The notes under the pieces were generated by a model that ran no database searches, was not told the origin of the DNA, and saw only the letters and a program-made list of their open reading frames with translations. From Lama glama (Eukaryota), in assembly GCA_028534125.1 (NCBI GenBank), contig CM052816.1, positions 74,588,001 through 74,652,000 on the forward strand: 64,000 nt of DNA. Reading direction: 5' to 3'. The first letter of the stretch is position 1. Each line of letters opens with the position of its first letter. Positions 12,681 through 25,799 of the stretch are shown here, in pieces. A program made the position numbers and the translations under genes.

Positions 12681-13169
12681 TGTCCTCCAGTCAGTCACCT
12701 ATAATTGCACACACATGTCACTGCTACATGCTCTTCAAACGTGGGGTGAACCCAGGAAATCTAGAGATCAAAACATATCTGTGTTTGCAAAAGCATACAG
12801 AGGTCTTGGGATTCTTCTGCATACAACAATGACCTAGGGGCAAGAGCCTGAGCTTCACTCCAGCTTGTTTTCCAGTATTGATAGACTGGATTGGGTTCTC
12901 ACAGTTGAAGGTAGAGAAAAAGAGAAAGAGAGAGAGAGAGAGAGCGCGCACAAATGAGCGAGCAAGCAAGGCTAGTAGGAGTAAGGAGTGCAGGACGTGG
13001 CTGTGAGAGGATGTGCAACTAACTGCCTGCCCTCCTGGGGCCTCTGACCATAAAGGGAACACCAGGAAGCTTTTCCCGATTCTTTAGATCTGCACAAGAT
13101 CACTTGGTATCTTGTGGCACAGTGATCTCTCTCAAGATTTTAACTCCTACCTGATTATTCTATTCCACC

Positions 13170-13315
13170 TTGAGAAATAGTTATTTCAGGATTTGTCTTC
13201 TTGCCACTATCAACCTATAGTGACTTCCTGGCAGAGAGTGTGTCTTATTAATTGTTCTCTTTTCAGAACCAAATACAGTGCCAGGCATATAATAGATGCT
13301 CAGTAAATGATAAAC
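13170..13315 (+). mobile_element. L2 3' end fragment
   Basis: ACAGTGCCAGGCATATAATAGATGCTCAGTAAATG. Confidence 0.65.
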
Positions 13316-13409
13316 TCCCTTGGGTTGGCTTTGGCTCTATTAACCCAATATTCCAATTACAGGCTTTGGCTATATGAACCCAATATTCCAATTATGGGTA
13401 TAGTAATGG

Positions 13410-13448
<39 letters not shown>
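13410..13448. repeat. (TAA)n microsatellite
   Basis: Directly visible. Confidence 0.95.
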
Positions 13449-13449
<1 letters not shown>

Positions 13450-15319
13450 CAACTGTTTTGTATTGCTGTGTAAGTAATAAATCCTGAAAGATGTGGTCAA
13501 CTTCACTCAAAATGCAGACAAGGGGACCAGTGCTGGTACATCAACATCAAGTCTCTAGGAGACGTGGAGCAAGTGGTCAAGAATGGTGATAACTGATGGC
13601 AGCTGAGGTTGCTTCTTTGTAACTAACTGGGGATGGTTACTCAGAATACGTGGAATCTTTCTCTTCGGCCATTTTTATACGTGGAATCTTTCCCTTTGGC
13701 CATTTTTAAAACTAGACTAGAGCTTTTTGTATGTGTCCCATTGTGTGTGGTCTTGTTTAAAGACAAAAGGATACACTCAGCCACCTAACATTCTCTTCTG
13801 CAAGCATCCTTTACCGACCCCTGACTCTTTTACTGAACACTGTAAATGTGGCAGCGCCTCTGCGTTTCTGACATATACCAGGCAAAAGTGGAATTTCATG
13901 AGCTGCAAAACAATGCGTTGGCCTTATTCTCCCATCCTTCAGGAAAAACAGCTACATGAAATTCTGGTCAAACTTTCCAAAAAGCTTTGGGCTGAGGACA
14001 AGCATGGAAAAATTCAAGCCCAAAGGAGAAATTTCCAGAAACATAGAAGCAAGTGAAAACAGGGGGTTATAACAGTTCAGTACTTGCTGCCAGGAACAAA
14101 GTATATACGGTATTATTTATTGCTGAGAGCCCTTTGGAGAGGCAGCATCTGGTTTCAGTGAGGTCTTGCTTTCATCCCATCCAGCAGCTGGACCGAGCAC
14201 CACAGCACAAGGGGATCAATTTGCCAAGGTGACACAGCGCGTCAGTGACTCTCTCCAGATTCGGCCACAGGAACCTCCAACTCCTTGAAGGCCAAGAATA
14301 AGTCATGTGACCAATGGAGAGTTGAGCACTTTTTAATCGACTCCAAGTGGATTCTTCAAGTTTTAATTTTCTATTTGTGTTTATATTTTCAGAGTCGCAA
14401 GGAATCATTCTCACTTTTCTCCAGTGGGGAGATCAGGTATCACCTTGGTTCCTGTGAAGGCCAGGATTCCCCGCCCCACTTAACGTGGGTTTATTCATCC
14501 AGGCTGAGCGCGCTCATGGCAGGAGGAGTCAGAGCTGGTCAGGCAGTGCTGCGCTCTCCCCGAGGAGGGAAGACAGCGATCCAAAGGCTAGCTGAGGCTG
14601 AGCAGGGAAACTGGGCACTCGGCTCTGGTCATTCCCACTGTGCCTCTCTGAGGCAGAGGAAAAGCTGATGGAGAAGAGGTTATTCAGCCAAGAGAAAGTG
14701 CCATAAGCTTTTTCTTCCCTTTGAGCCTTTTTCTCTACCAGTGTTACTTCTCACAGAGCCCTGGCTACAGAAAACACAGCCCTTCATTCCTTTAGCGGAC
14801 GTCTTCCCTACCGACAGGGGAAAGGAGGCTCTGTTTCCTAAGCCTGTGTTTTCCCCACGTCCCAGGAAGACCATGTTATTTGAGTTGCAAAGGGAACAAA
14901 CAAGCAACAACAATACACACACCCACAGACCTCGTTCAATAAGAAATTTTAGCATTAATATGATAGCCAGGCAAGTTACCCACCAGTCCCTCTCTCCTCC
15001 TCTGTATATGTGTGTACATACATACACCACTGTCATCATAATACTATTAATACAGTTATCAATATATTAATATAATAATGCTATTAATACTATTCATTAT
15101 TAGTATAATGACATCAAGAGGTCAATTTTAGGGAAAGGACAGGAAGGGAGGACAATGAAGGGAGAGGACGGACCACAGCCATTCTTTGTAACATCTAAAC
15201 TTCCACCTGGTGGATAATCTAACATGAGAAGACCGGAGAATGGAGTGCACTGAGCCAGTTAGTTGTGTGAATGGACTTGACATATTCTTTTTAAAAAATC
15301 TTTAAAAATTAACAGAAAA

Positions 15320-15445
15320 ATTTTTTATTGAAGTATAGTTGATTTACATGGTTGTGTCAGTTTCTGGTGGCGAGCAGAGTGATTCAGGTACACACATATA
15401 TGTTCTTTTTCATTATAGGCTACTACCAGGTATAGAAGATAGTTC
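15320..15445 (-). mobile_element. Very short L1 3' end
   Basis: TTTTTTATTGAAGTATAGTTGATTTACA..TTTTTCATTATAGGCTACTAC. Confidence 0.85.
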
Positions 15446-15899
15446 ACTTGGCATATTCTAAAATGGTCAAAAGAGTACCAGCAAGGGAACAAGAGCCTCA
15501 TCTGGCCCTGAGACTCTGTGATGACAATCAGGCACAGCATCCAGAAACCTTAAGTGTCTGGAGAACATGACAGTGCCCAGAAGACATGCCATTTTAATAA
15601 CATAAAACATATGTCCGCTCCAAGTGGCAACAACCTAACCTCACTATAAGTTGGAATGAACAAAACCATTAAGAAACACATGACAATCTTAATACAATAG
15701 GACTTGGGAAATTCGTAACTTAAAACTTGTTGCAGATGTCAAACACCATATAAATACAGAGCATTTCACTTTGTTCCCTTTACATCACGATGTTTTCCTT
15801 TTAATTCGAACTGACAAAACAGGCTCTGACCATAAAGTGATGACGTATTCCCCTCTGACTTACTGTTATTATTCTGAGAGACAGCCACGCTAGCTTAGA

Positions 15900-16020
15900 T
15901 ACTCATTCATTCCACTCTTGCTGAGTGCCTGTCATGACCTGGATACTGATACAGGCCCAAAGACTGTAGTCATGAACAACATGGACACATCCTGTCCTCC
16001 TGAAGCTTCTAATTCAGTAG
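15900..16020 (-). mobile_element. L2 3' end fragment
   Basis: CTCATTCATT..TTGCTGAGTGCCTG..CCTGTCCTCCTGAAGCTT..TAG. Confidence 0.55.
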
Positions 16021-16784
16021 TTTGATCCTACTGCAAAGTTCAATTATTGTTTTGACAAAGCTCAGCTCGGGTTTTAGAAAGGAAACCTCCAACTGAGGAA
16101 GATTAAGTTACCACTGTCTTTCTAAACACTATTTTCTGAGTCCTCCGGTTAGTCCACTGACAGCCACCTCACAGTTACTGGCTTTCTTAGAGGAAAGAGC
16201 TAGGACATGATGAAGGGTTGTTTTTTTCTTTGAGAAGATACATTTCTAAATAATAAATGTCTAATGAGTTAACCAGTAGGTGTGGTTGCTACAGGCCAAA
16301 CCAAGTGCTGTAACAAAAGCCAGGACGGGCCACCTGAAGCCGATGCCTCCACCTCTTAAACCCAGTCCTGTCTCTGCCAAAGAAGCTAACTGACATCTTT
16401 AGCAAGCACCAGTAAATAATTACACATCCTGGCAAACAAGGGCAAGCAATCAGGTTTCAAAGTTTGCCCCAATCACTTGTCCATAAAAGTTTTTGTGCTG
16501 ATGGGGATCAATCCGACCCCAGGGGACACCAGGCAACTGGTCAGGACACAAGTCATACAGGCTCACACCTCTGCTCCAGTATAAGCTCCCATCTCATGCT
16601 GATGCACACCAAGGTCTTTCCAAGCTGTAGGAGCACGCCTACAAATCTCTTGCAAAAAACTAAAATACAGCCATTTTATATTTGAGATTCTTCTACTTTT
16701 CTTCTTTAACTTTCTCTTATCTCCCCTCTCCTCCATCCCTGTCTTGTCTCCTTTCCCCTCACTGTTTCTCCCTTACTGCCCCTA

Positions 16785-17530
16785 CAGGATGGGACACTGT
16801 TCCAAGCTCTTTACACACACACACACACACACAGTTTTAACCAATATAACTTTTTTATTCATTTCCTGATTTTTTTTACCTTTTTTAAAATTGAAGTGTA
16901 GTTAATTGACAGTGTTGTGTTAATTTCTGGTGTACAGCATAGTAATTCATTTATACATATATGCTTTTCATATCCTTTTTTATTATAAGCTGTTACAAGT
17001 TATTGAATATAGTTCCCTGTGCTAGGGTAGGACCTTGTTATTTACCTGTTTTATGTATAGTAGTTAGTATCTGCTAATCCCAAACTCCCAGTTTATTCCT
17101 CCCCATTCCCTTCCCCTGCTGGTAACCATAAATTTGTTTTTATGTCTGTGAGTCTGTCTCTGTTTTGTAAATATGTTTGTGTCTTTTTTTTTTTTTGATT
17201 CTACCTATAAGTGATATCATGTGGTATTCTTCTTTCTACTTCTGGCTTACTTCACTTAGTATGATGATCTCCAGGTCCATTCATGTTGCTGCAAATGGCA
17301 TTATTTTATTCTTTTTATGGCTGAGTAGTGTTCCATTGCATAGATACACCACAACTTCTGTATAGCTCTTTACGTATATTACCTCATTTCATAGCCCAAT
17401 GAAGAAACTCTGCAATCATCGTACGTTGCAGAAGGGGACCCTGAAGCCCAAGGTCGACAGCTGGGAAGTAAACAAACCAAGACCTCAGTTAGCCCATCTG
17501 AGGCCTCAGCCACGGTGCCATACTGCTTCA
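16785..17530 (-). mobile_element. MIR interrupted by an L1 insertion
   Basis: CACTGTTCCAAGCTCTTTAC [L1] GTATATTACCTCATTT..CTGAAGCCCAAGGTCGACAGCT follows MIR order. Confidence 0.65.
16815..17363 (-). mobile_element. L1 3' end with extended tail and (CA)n tract, flanked by a 10-bp direct repeat
   Basis: L1 3' UTR at ~16880-17355; AGCTCTTTAC at 16805-16814 and 17364-17373. Confidence 0.88.
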
Positions 17531-20500
17531 AAAGTGATTTTTGGATTAAGTGTTTGTAATAAAGATGTACTGTTTCTAGGCTATAAGCAAAGTAGCAGTG
17601 ATATAGACGAGATTAATCTCTGCTAATCTCTGCTCTCACTTTACTGAAATGCTTTGAAGTGGTAATCAATGGGGCAATTTATTAAGGTTTTATGTCTCGG
17701 CTGTACCAACTTCAGGCCTTCTGCCTCTCCCACACTGGGGACACAGTGACAAAAGCCAGAAACAAATACCAATTAGAGGCTATCACGACTCAAATGAATA
17801 ATCAAAGAGTAAATAACAACAAAAATCTACTCGGTAATGTCACAATTATTCTCTGTATCCACTCCAAAAATAAGCCAAACAGAGTCTGCTTCTATTAACA
17901 TTTGTTTTTGTTACTAATGTCATGGGTCGGGAAGAGTTTTTGATGGACTTAGTTCTCAGATTTAAACTAAACAACTTGAGTGAGAGAAGGCTAAAATACT
18001 AGTTCCTGCAAGATCAACATACCTAATGAACCAACTTTCAGGCTGTGATAAAACTGAAGAAATGGAAGAATTGCTTCTGCCCTCCTTCACCAAAGCTCCT
18101 CCAGCCCAGCTCAGTTCTTCCTGGTTGTGAAGCCTGGACCACCCACTAAATGTTCTCCAGCTAAATAAACAGCTACAGTTGAGAGAAGTGCGAGCACTTG
18201 GCTTGCTGTTTTCATATCCACCCAGTGCTAACTCAAGACTGTGTTCCAGCAAGTTACAGACTTAAAATCCAATAAAATGAAACTGGGATCTTAATTAATC
18301 AAGCCTTGCTGCCAAATGAATGCCATCGTTAAATTAGTCCTTAACCTGTGTCCACCATCATTCTTCTTTCTTCCAAACAACTCTTTGGTCAACAGAAGCC
18401 AACACTATGGACCTGACACAGAGCGTGGTAACACTGGTCCCATGGAAAGAAAACGCATCAGCCTATAAAATGGGGAGAGTGTCAGTAAACTGACAGTGTT
18501 GACAACAGGAAGAGGGTATACGGAAGATGAAGAAGGAAACACGATAACAGCAGTTGTAAGCAGTAGCTGTCTGCCATCAGAGAGAGACACTGGCCTATGC
18601 CAAAATAAACCACAGGGAAAAGAGAACTGTCTTTACCAGTAAGGCAAAACTGCTTTCTGGATTTGCAATCATTTTCCTGCAGAGTCAGGCTTTGGTTTTC
18701 TGGAAGGGATCAGGTTCAAAGTCTATGGAACTCTGATGAGATCTGGGGGAAAAGCAGCAGCTAATGTGTATTTAACGAACATACATTAAGGCCTACGAAT
18801 GTGTAAGATACTGCATTTTGGGTAAGCTCACATCCTGTTTTATGACCTCACGGCCGAACCGCACGCTGGTTTCAGCTGCGCTCTTGATAAAAGGTGACTG
18901 CCCTCTCCTGGCCACCTTTTGTGAGATTGTTGGCTTTAAGACTTAGCCATCTCCATCACCTGCCCCCATGGCTCTTCCTCCCCTGAGATGTCACAGACTC
19001 CCAGAGAACTGGAGTGTCTTGTCGGTCCTCAGAGGCCCAGTCTTCTTTCAGAGGTTGGAAACAGGAACCCTCACAAAGCTCCTTTAGCAAACAGAGCTGG
19101 GGTCTCACGGCTTGTGGGGACCCTCTGCGGACCCTCCCGCAATCTTCTGTTTCCATCCTCCCTTCTCAGGCTGTAACGAGTGCAGATCTTTACCAATCTC
19201 CCCACCACGGCGGAGTTCCAGGGACAGGCCTGGGGCCTGCCTCACCAGAGATCCCAGTCTCGGCACTGCCCTAGCCCTTCCTCTTACGTAGGCCGTGCCC
19301 TAGTCTTTGACCTCTACTGGCTTCTTCACTTTGGTCTCAGAGCATCCCTGTATCGCTAGATAGTTTCTTTCTTCTTGCACCTAGAATCATTTATGTTCAC
19401 GATCGTAGATGGCTGGGAGTTTGCATAAACCCGGTTAAAACTTGCTTGAGGATCATCAGTTCTAACAGGAGGGAAGAGAGGCCTGCTTCTCAGAGAGGAA
19501 AGGCTAGAGATCCCTTCAAGAGGTGTAGTTTGAATTTATCTTCCGAGTGCGGAATCTCTGGGTTTGCCTATTCAAACAGGTGACCTTGCTCACAGGAGAT
19601 TTGCAGAACAAATCTTGTCTGGGGACCTGCACCCAGAAGCCACTTGTAAGCAGCCAAATTTCTGCATGCAGAATTCAAAACAGTGCATCCACTGACTTAA
19701 GCAAATCTTTTACTATAATAAGTCACCTGTCTTCAAGACCAGTTCTGGTCCAAGAACTTGCCTGATTTTGACTAGAAAAAATAACATTCTGAGCAAAGTA
19801 AGTTTTATTTTGATTTTCCTGTAAGTAATTTTTTCAAGGACCTACAGAATAATTAAGAATTTTTACATTGGCCTCAATCATGTATGCAGCCAACTCATGC
19901 TTAATTATTAGAACAGGGGAAGAAGGGAAAGGAGGAAGGTAACATACAGATAATCCCGAGAACTCTTTAATCCAGCTAACCTCATCCTGCCAGGCCTTTT
20001 ATCAGAGCTGCTAAGAGAGAACCAATGTGACATAATTAAGCTTCATCTCATCCATTTCCTCTCCCTAGCCTCTTGTTGGGCTGCTAATACGCTGTGAAGT
20101 GGCCAAAGATACTGGCCTCCACACGGGAGGAAGAGGACTGGAGGCTGGATAATCCAGAGTCATCTGGACACTGCACGAGAGGCTGCCTACATCTCATTCC
20201 AGCCCTGGGAAAGCTGACTTAAGAGGCTGAGCAGGGCATTTTCCTCCCAAATAACTGCCCTTACACAGTTGAAATCCCACCAAAGAGATACATTTTGGGG
20301 AGGTTAAAGCATCTGGTCTCTAGTAATCATTTGATTATCAAAATCTGGCCACATTCACTGGAGATGCAGAAATAAAATGTGGAGTGACTCGTCGGTGATA
20401 CCCAACCCATCCATGGTAGAGGTGGGACACAGCTTACGGCAGGATACTGCTTTCATCATGAATCTCATGAAGGATTTAAGTCAACCTTACTTCCCTGATC

Positions 20501-21039
20501 ATTAAAAAAATATTCCTCCTGGAGCCATGAATTCAGGACACTGAAGTAAGAACCTCAGGGTGCTCAAAAATGTTTGGGGAATGGTGATACCATACAAGTG
20601 GAGAGGTGGATCAGAGCTGGTAGAAGGGACCTAAGACAGACCTGAGAAAGAGGATGTGTTAAAGCTTTTTGTTCAAGTCAAAAAATGTTATAGAGTGTCT
20701 CCTTGTGCCCTTACTTTTATTAATTAATAGTCTATAAAGTTAGTCTTCAATGGGTAGCCTGCTGGTCAGGTCCAGGCCCCTAAAGGATTTGAATACAGAG
20801 TGAGTTTTGCTACAAGGAAAATGCATACATGAAACGTTCATTCACATACACACCCACACATATATGTATACAAACGCGCACACACACACACATACATATA
20901 TATTCATGAAACAAATAGGTCTTTCTATTACCTACCACCAAAGTACTGGGGACAGGGACCTGCTCTCCAGCCACATAAGCGTCAAGCTGACAGTTTCAAG
21001 AAGCCAGGGACTGGTTGGGAACAGTGAGGAGTGAAGATG

Positions 21040-21420
21040 AGTCCAGTCACATCACCTCAAACTGACAGCTCCCCAGTTGGGTCAAGTTCAAACCCTTCAT
21101 GGTGCATGAACCTCCCTCTCTCCTCAGCCTACCCTACAGTTCTCCCACCCCCATGCCTAATGATTCACGAAACTCTTTCCTGAACACACCAGGAACCTGT
21201 CCTTTCCTGTGCCTTTTAGCGTGTCTATTCCCGGATTCACCTCCCCTGCCCCCACCAGTCTGCCTTGAGAACCGCTGCACTTATCACCACCCCCACCAGA
21301 TGCCCATATCACCACCCTCGAGAAGCCCCGCGCAGCACCAGAGAGAGTTAGTCACCATCTCCGCCCCTTTATAACATAAGCGCTAACCTGTGCCGTGGCC
21401 ATCACCTTGGAGTATTGGAA
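21040..21420 (+). mobile_element. Decayed L2 fragment
   Basis: TCACATCACC..AGCTCCCC..AAGTTCAAACCCTTCATGGTGCATGA..TTCCTGAACACACCAGG. Confidence 0.55.
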
Positions 21421-22371
21421 TGACCTTTTTTTTTTTTTAACTATACACCAAGACTGGTAGTGGATATAGAGGTAATGTATTCAAATTCCCACCAAAAGTT
21501 ACTTTTCCAGCAACCTACTAGCAGCTCGAACACAGGAAAAGCCTAGGAGCTTAATTCTGCATTGTTACCAGGAGAGCTGGGATTCCTGCAGGGAACGGAG
21601 ATGCTCGTGCTGATAGAGGGGTACAAAGAGACACATACAACCTGCCCCCCGTTTTCCCCCAGCATACCCCTTACAATGAATGTTTGAAACATTACAGCTT
21701 TAAATGTTAGCACATGCCCAGGGACAGGGTGGTAGGAATGAAACAAGTGTCTGATGCCTCCCAAGAAGTTATGAAACCAGGCTTGATAAAAGCTACTTTC
21801 TGTCACATACTCAAACAAACACAATCAGAAAAGAAATCAAGGCAGAGGGACTATTCTCTAGGTAAGGTGGAAATTCAGATACATTCTGGATGAGCTGGAG
21901 TTTCATTCCTTCATCCAGTCAACATTCAGTCAGTAAGTCATCATTGAAATGCCTTGCTCCTGCTGGACCACAGTCCAGGCACTGAAGATACACAGAAACA
22001 CAGAGGAAGGAAATAAAATAAACCCAAATCCTTGCCTTCACAGAGCTTATATGCTCGTGATGTGGGTCAGAGAGTCAGGGAGTGATACACATCAGGGATG
22101 ATAAGCACCAGGGAGAAAAGTAAACAATGACGGCAGGAGAGAACGTCAGCGGCGGGGGGCGGGGGGAGGTGGAGGTGAGGGTGCTGAACTTTTCAATGGG
22201 CTGTCAGGGAAGCTTCCACTGTGAAGGAGACATCTGAAGAAAGCTTCGAAAGAGATAAAGAAATCCAAGAGGATGCTGGAGGGAGAGCACGCCAAGCGGG
22301 CAGAAGAGCAAGTGAAAAGCCTCTAGGTAAGTGCTTTCCTGACACAGCCAAGACGACGACAGACAGTGAGG

Positions 22372-22830
22372 ACAAGCTGTTCTGTTACAACATGTGTTTC
22401 TATAACAGCAATTAGCTCATCGGCTATTGGCAAACAGTGGGATAAATGTTGGTATAACATGGGAGCGTGATTTCTTTCTTAGGCGAAAGGAGCCAGGAAA
22501 GCAGGAATAGAATTCTAATCTTAGCAGCAAAGGAGAAAGGCCTCAGGTTGGCTGCTGCACAGGCTGGAGGGATTTCAGCTCCACTTAAGAGAATTAGGAA
22601 TGTGCACCTGCACCAGCGCGGTCTCCCCGGAAACGTGCCCCCTCCCAGCGGCACAGCTCTCCTAAGCTATCTGTCATGGCTTTGCTGAGCGCTGGAGTTT
22701 TTAAGTTGTATGAGAGAGGAACAGTCTGCTTTAATCCTACTTTTCCCATAAGCCCTGTTTGTTTAGAGTACATTTTGCAGAACACAGAGCTTTACAGGAC
22801 ACACATATACTTTTACAGCAGAGTCATCTG
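22372..22830. mobile_element. Tigger-type (Tigger12/13-like) DNA transposon relic
   Basis: Ends TTCTGTTACAAC.. and ..TTTTCCCATAAGCCCTG..ATTTTGCAGAAC..TTACAGCAGAG resemble recalled Tigger12/13 termini; interrupts the L2. Confidence 0.55.
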
Positions 22831-23838
22831 CCCAAGCAAAGTCAAGGATTATAGAAGTGGGAGGGCACTGGAGGGCTTCGAGCTGGGGCGTGAGATGATG
22901 TGATGTGCTGAAAAGACACTGGTGGGGGGTGGGGAGAGGGTGAGCAAGTGGGAAGTAGACAGATCAGTGTGGGGTCTTCATAATATTTGGGTGAGAGGAT
23001 GGTGGCCCGGACCAGGAAGGTAGCAGTGACCAAGGAGTGAAACAGGATTTGCTGGTGAACTAGCTTTGGGAAATTAAAGAAAAAAGTCAAGATGGTGCCA
23101 GTATTTTCCAGCTCAGGCACCTGAAAGATGGAAGTGTCTTCAGCTGAGATGGTGAGGACTGGTGCATGATCCAGTTAAGGGTAACCAATTCAGTTTTGCT
23201 AAGGTCAGTTTTGAGCGCCTCTCAAGCATTCAAGTGGAGATTTCAACCAGGTGGTTGAATAGACATGTCCAAAGCTCAGGGGAGACTTGAAAGTTTTTAA
23301 TAAATAGATATTATTTAAAACCACCAGAGTAAATGTATTTAATTTTTCAAATACTGATTTTCTGGCAACCCACTAGCAGCTAGAGTACAGGCCAATATCT
23401 TCAAAGCCTGTGGGCTTCATTTTTAATTCTTAGCACAAGAGCTTAGATTCCTGGAATGGGAGTAGGGGAGTGCTTGTGATGCCAGAAGGGTGCAAAAAAC
23501 AAAGTCTGCAGCTTGGTTCCTGGGTCATTCTAACAGTCAGAGGTCGGGGTGATGAGCAAAAATAGCAAAGAACTTACACAGAAGACCTGTGAGATATGAG
23601 GAGTACTAGAAAAGTGTAGTGTCCCGGACATCAAGTAAAGAGGGATGGGTTAACAAACAGGTCAAAGACGAGCATTGAGACTGTGCTAATGACTTCAGGG
23701 ACTGGAATAAGGTGAGCCATTGTCACAGGGGCCAGCAACAGTTTCGACCACCACTGATGGAGTCCAGACAACCCTCCCAAGGAGTTTTGCTGAAGAAAAG
23801 AGAAAAATGAGGCAGTGGCTAAAGAAAGACACAGGATT

Positions 23839-23965
23839 GGGGAGGGTAGAGCTCAGTGGTAGAGCACATGCTTAGCATGCATGAGGTCCTGGGTTCAATG
23901 CCCAGTACCTATAAATCAATCAATTCGAATACCTCCCCATCAAAAAAATAAAATTTTACAAAAAG
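23839..23965 (+). mobile_element. tRNA-Ala-derived short SINE (vic-1 type)
   Basis: GGGGAGGGTAGAGCTCAGTGGTAGAGCACATGCTTAGCATGCATGAGGTCCTGGGTTCAAT; TSD AGAAAGACACAGGAT (23823-23837) / AGAAAGACAAAGGAT (23966-23980). Confidence 0.92.
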
Positions 23966-24585
23966 AGAAAGACAAAGGATCAACAATGGTACGTTTATCT
24001 TTTATGATATTGGGACATGCCAGCATGTTTTTGTGGAAATTGGAATCATCCAGTGGAGAGAAAAACTAAGCACAAGACAGAAGAGGGTGAATTTCCGGAA
24101 AGAGCAGGTGTCACGTGAAGAGGTTTGTCTCAGAAGTTCTCTGTTAACAGGAGGAAGGCACAGCCTATGGGCTCTGATTCTGGAAGGTGAGTAGAGGTGG
24201 TGGGAGCTGGTGGGTTCTCTTCTGACTGCCTCTGGGGCTTGTTTAAAGTGAAATAGGGACAGAGTTTATCTGTACCGAGGTAGGATATGGGCAGTAAGTG
24301 CTCAGGCTAGAGGAGAGAAGAGAAGGTGTGAAACGGTTATCTAGAAGAGTACGAAAATGAATGGACCAGGGAACATGGGGCATTGCCAGCTGTATGAAGG
24401 GTTAGGTGAGGTTAGTGGCTGTGCACCTAATGTGCAGCCAGTCCTCTTAGAGTGCATTCTCTCCAGTCATGTTCAGCTCTCAGGTGCAGGCACGGTGTAG
24501 GTGGAGAGCTGGACTGAATGTGGGTTGGGATTTTGCCAGACAAGTATGACAAAGCCAGAGAAGTACAAAAGATTATGATAATGAA

Positions 24586-24948
24586 CTGCTAAAGTCTGAA
24601 TGTTGTTTCCTCCCCACTTCCCACCTCCAAATTCATACGCTGCAATCTTAGATCTTAAAGGTGATGGTATTAGTAGGTGGGGCCTTTGGGAGATGACTTG
24701 GTCATGAGGGTGGGACCCCCGTGAATGGAATTAGTGCCCTAATAAAAGAGACCCCAGAGAGCTCCCTAGCCCTTTTCACCATGTGAGGACAGGGTGAGAA
24801 GTCTGTGACCCAGAAGCGGGTCCTCACCTGACTGTGCTGGCACCCTGATCTCAGACTTCCAGCCTGAGGATCATGAGCAACAGATTTTGTTGCTGTAAGC
24901 CACTGCATCTGTGGTATTTTGTTATAGTGGCCCGGAAAGGACTAAGGT
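24586..24948 (+). mobile_element. MaLR solo LTR (MLT1A-like)
   Basis: CCAAATTCATA..GATGGTATTAGTAGGTGGGGCCTTTGGGAGATGA..TAAAAGAGACCCCAGAGAGCTCCC..GACTTCCAGCCT..GTGGTATTTTGTTATAG..GACTAAG. Confidence 0.9.
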
Positions 24949-25799
24949 GTGAGCTGTGCAATGAGGTTTTTCCTTGTCCGCTGCTAATGGAATACTCACC
25001 AGTATAGGCTTTAAGCAATTGTCATGTAGCAAATCACCATCCACAGACAATACATTTCATCACACAGTGCTATCTTTTGCCCCTTCTTTTAAAAATATTA
25101 TTTTTCCCTTTCACACTTTTGAAACAACAGTAACCCCAAACATAAACTTCCTGTTGGGAGATGTGTAAGGTGGGTAATATCACCATTCATATGGAGAATA
25201 ATTATCTCTCACAGTTCACCACTTATAACGAAGAGTCCACTGACCCTGCCCTCCAATGAAGGCTCCAGAAGATAGCGGGGGAGCTGGCATGCATGGACAG
25301 AACATTGCCCAATAATGCGAAATCATATGCAGGCCCTTTTCCTGCACATACCCGCACCAGGCATCCTTACCCCTCTTATTCTACCCCTAGTTATTATACT
25401 GCCTTCAGAAGTTCTCCATGACTCTCCTGTCTCTCCCTCTTTGGACCTTCCTCCATCATCAAGCTACAGGACCAGCCCTCTCGGCCCTACCACCACATAA
25501 GACCTTGGACAGCAACGAGACTGGGACAGGCTGAAATGATCAGCAACTCTGGCTGCTGTCACGTGATTACGAGTGTATCTGGAAGAGTTTCAGAAAGTGG
25601 ATGCTGACCCAAGATCAGCTGAGGTCAGGGTCATATTCAACGAATTCCTTGAATATATCATTCTTCTGGTGCAGCTTGCGGGCTCTAAAATAGCATTTCC
25701 TATCTATGCCGGTGATTCTCTGTTTGGTCCTCCTCCCCTAGCAGGTCCATTCTAGGTTCTTCTCTCTTCCTACACCTCAGGAGGCTTGTCTGCTGTGGG

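Larger units (their letters stand above)
21905..24480 (-). mobile_element. Long L2 relic fragmented by a Tigger-type element, an unnamed repeat and a SINE
   Basis: Reverse L2 tail TTCATTCCTTCATCCAGTC..CCAGGCACTGAAGATACA; GTCAGGGAAGCTTC; TTCAGTTTTG..CAAGTGGAGAT..TTGAATA..GCTCAGGGGAGA; AGTGTAGTGTCCCGGA. Confidence 0.8.

Noticed and set aside
22149..22183. G-quadruplex-like G run
   Set aside because: Short low-complexity expansion inside an L2 relic; common and uninformative
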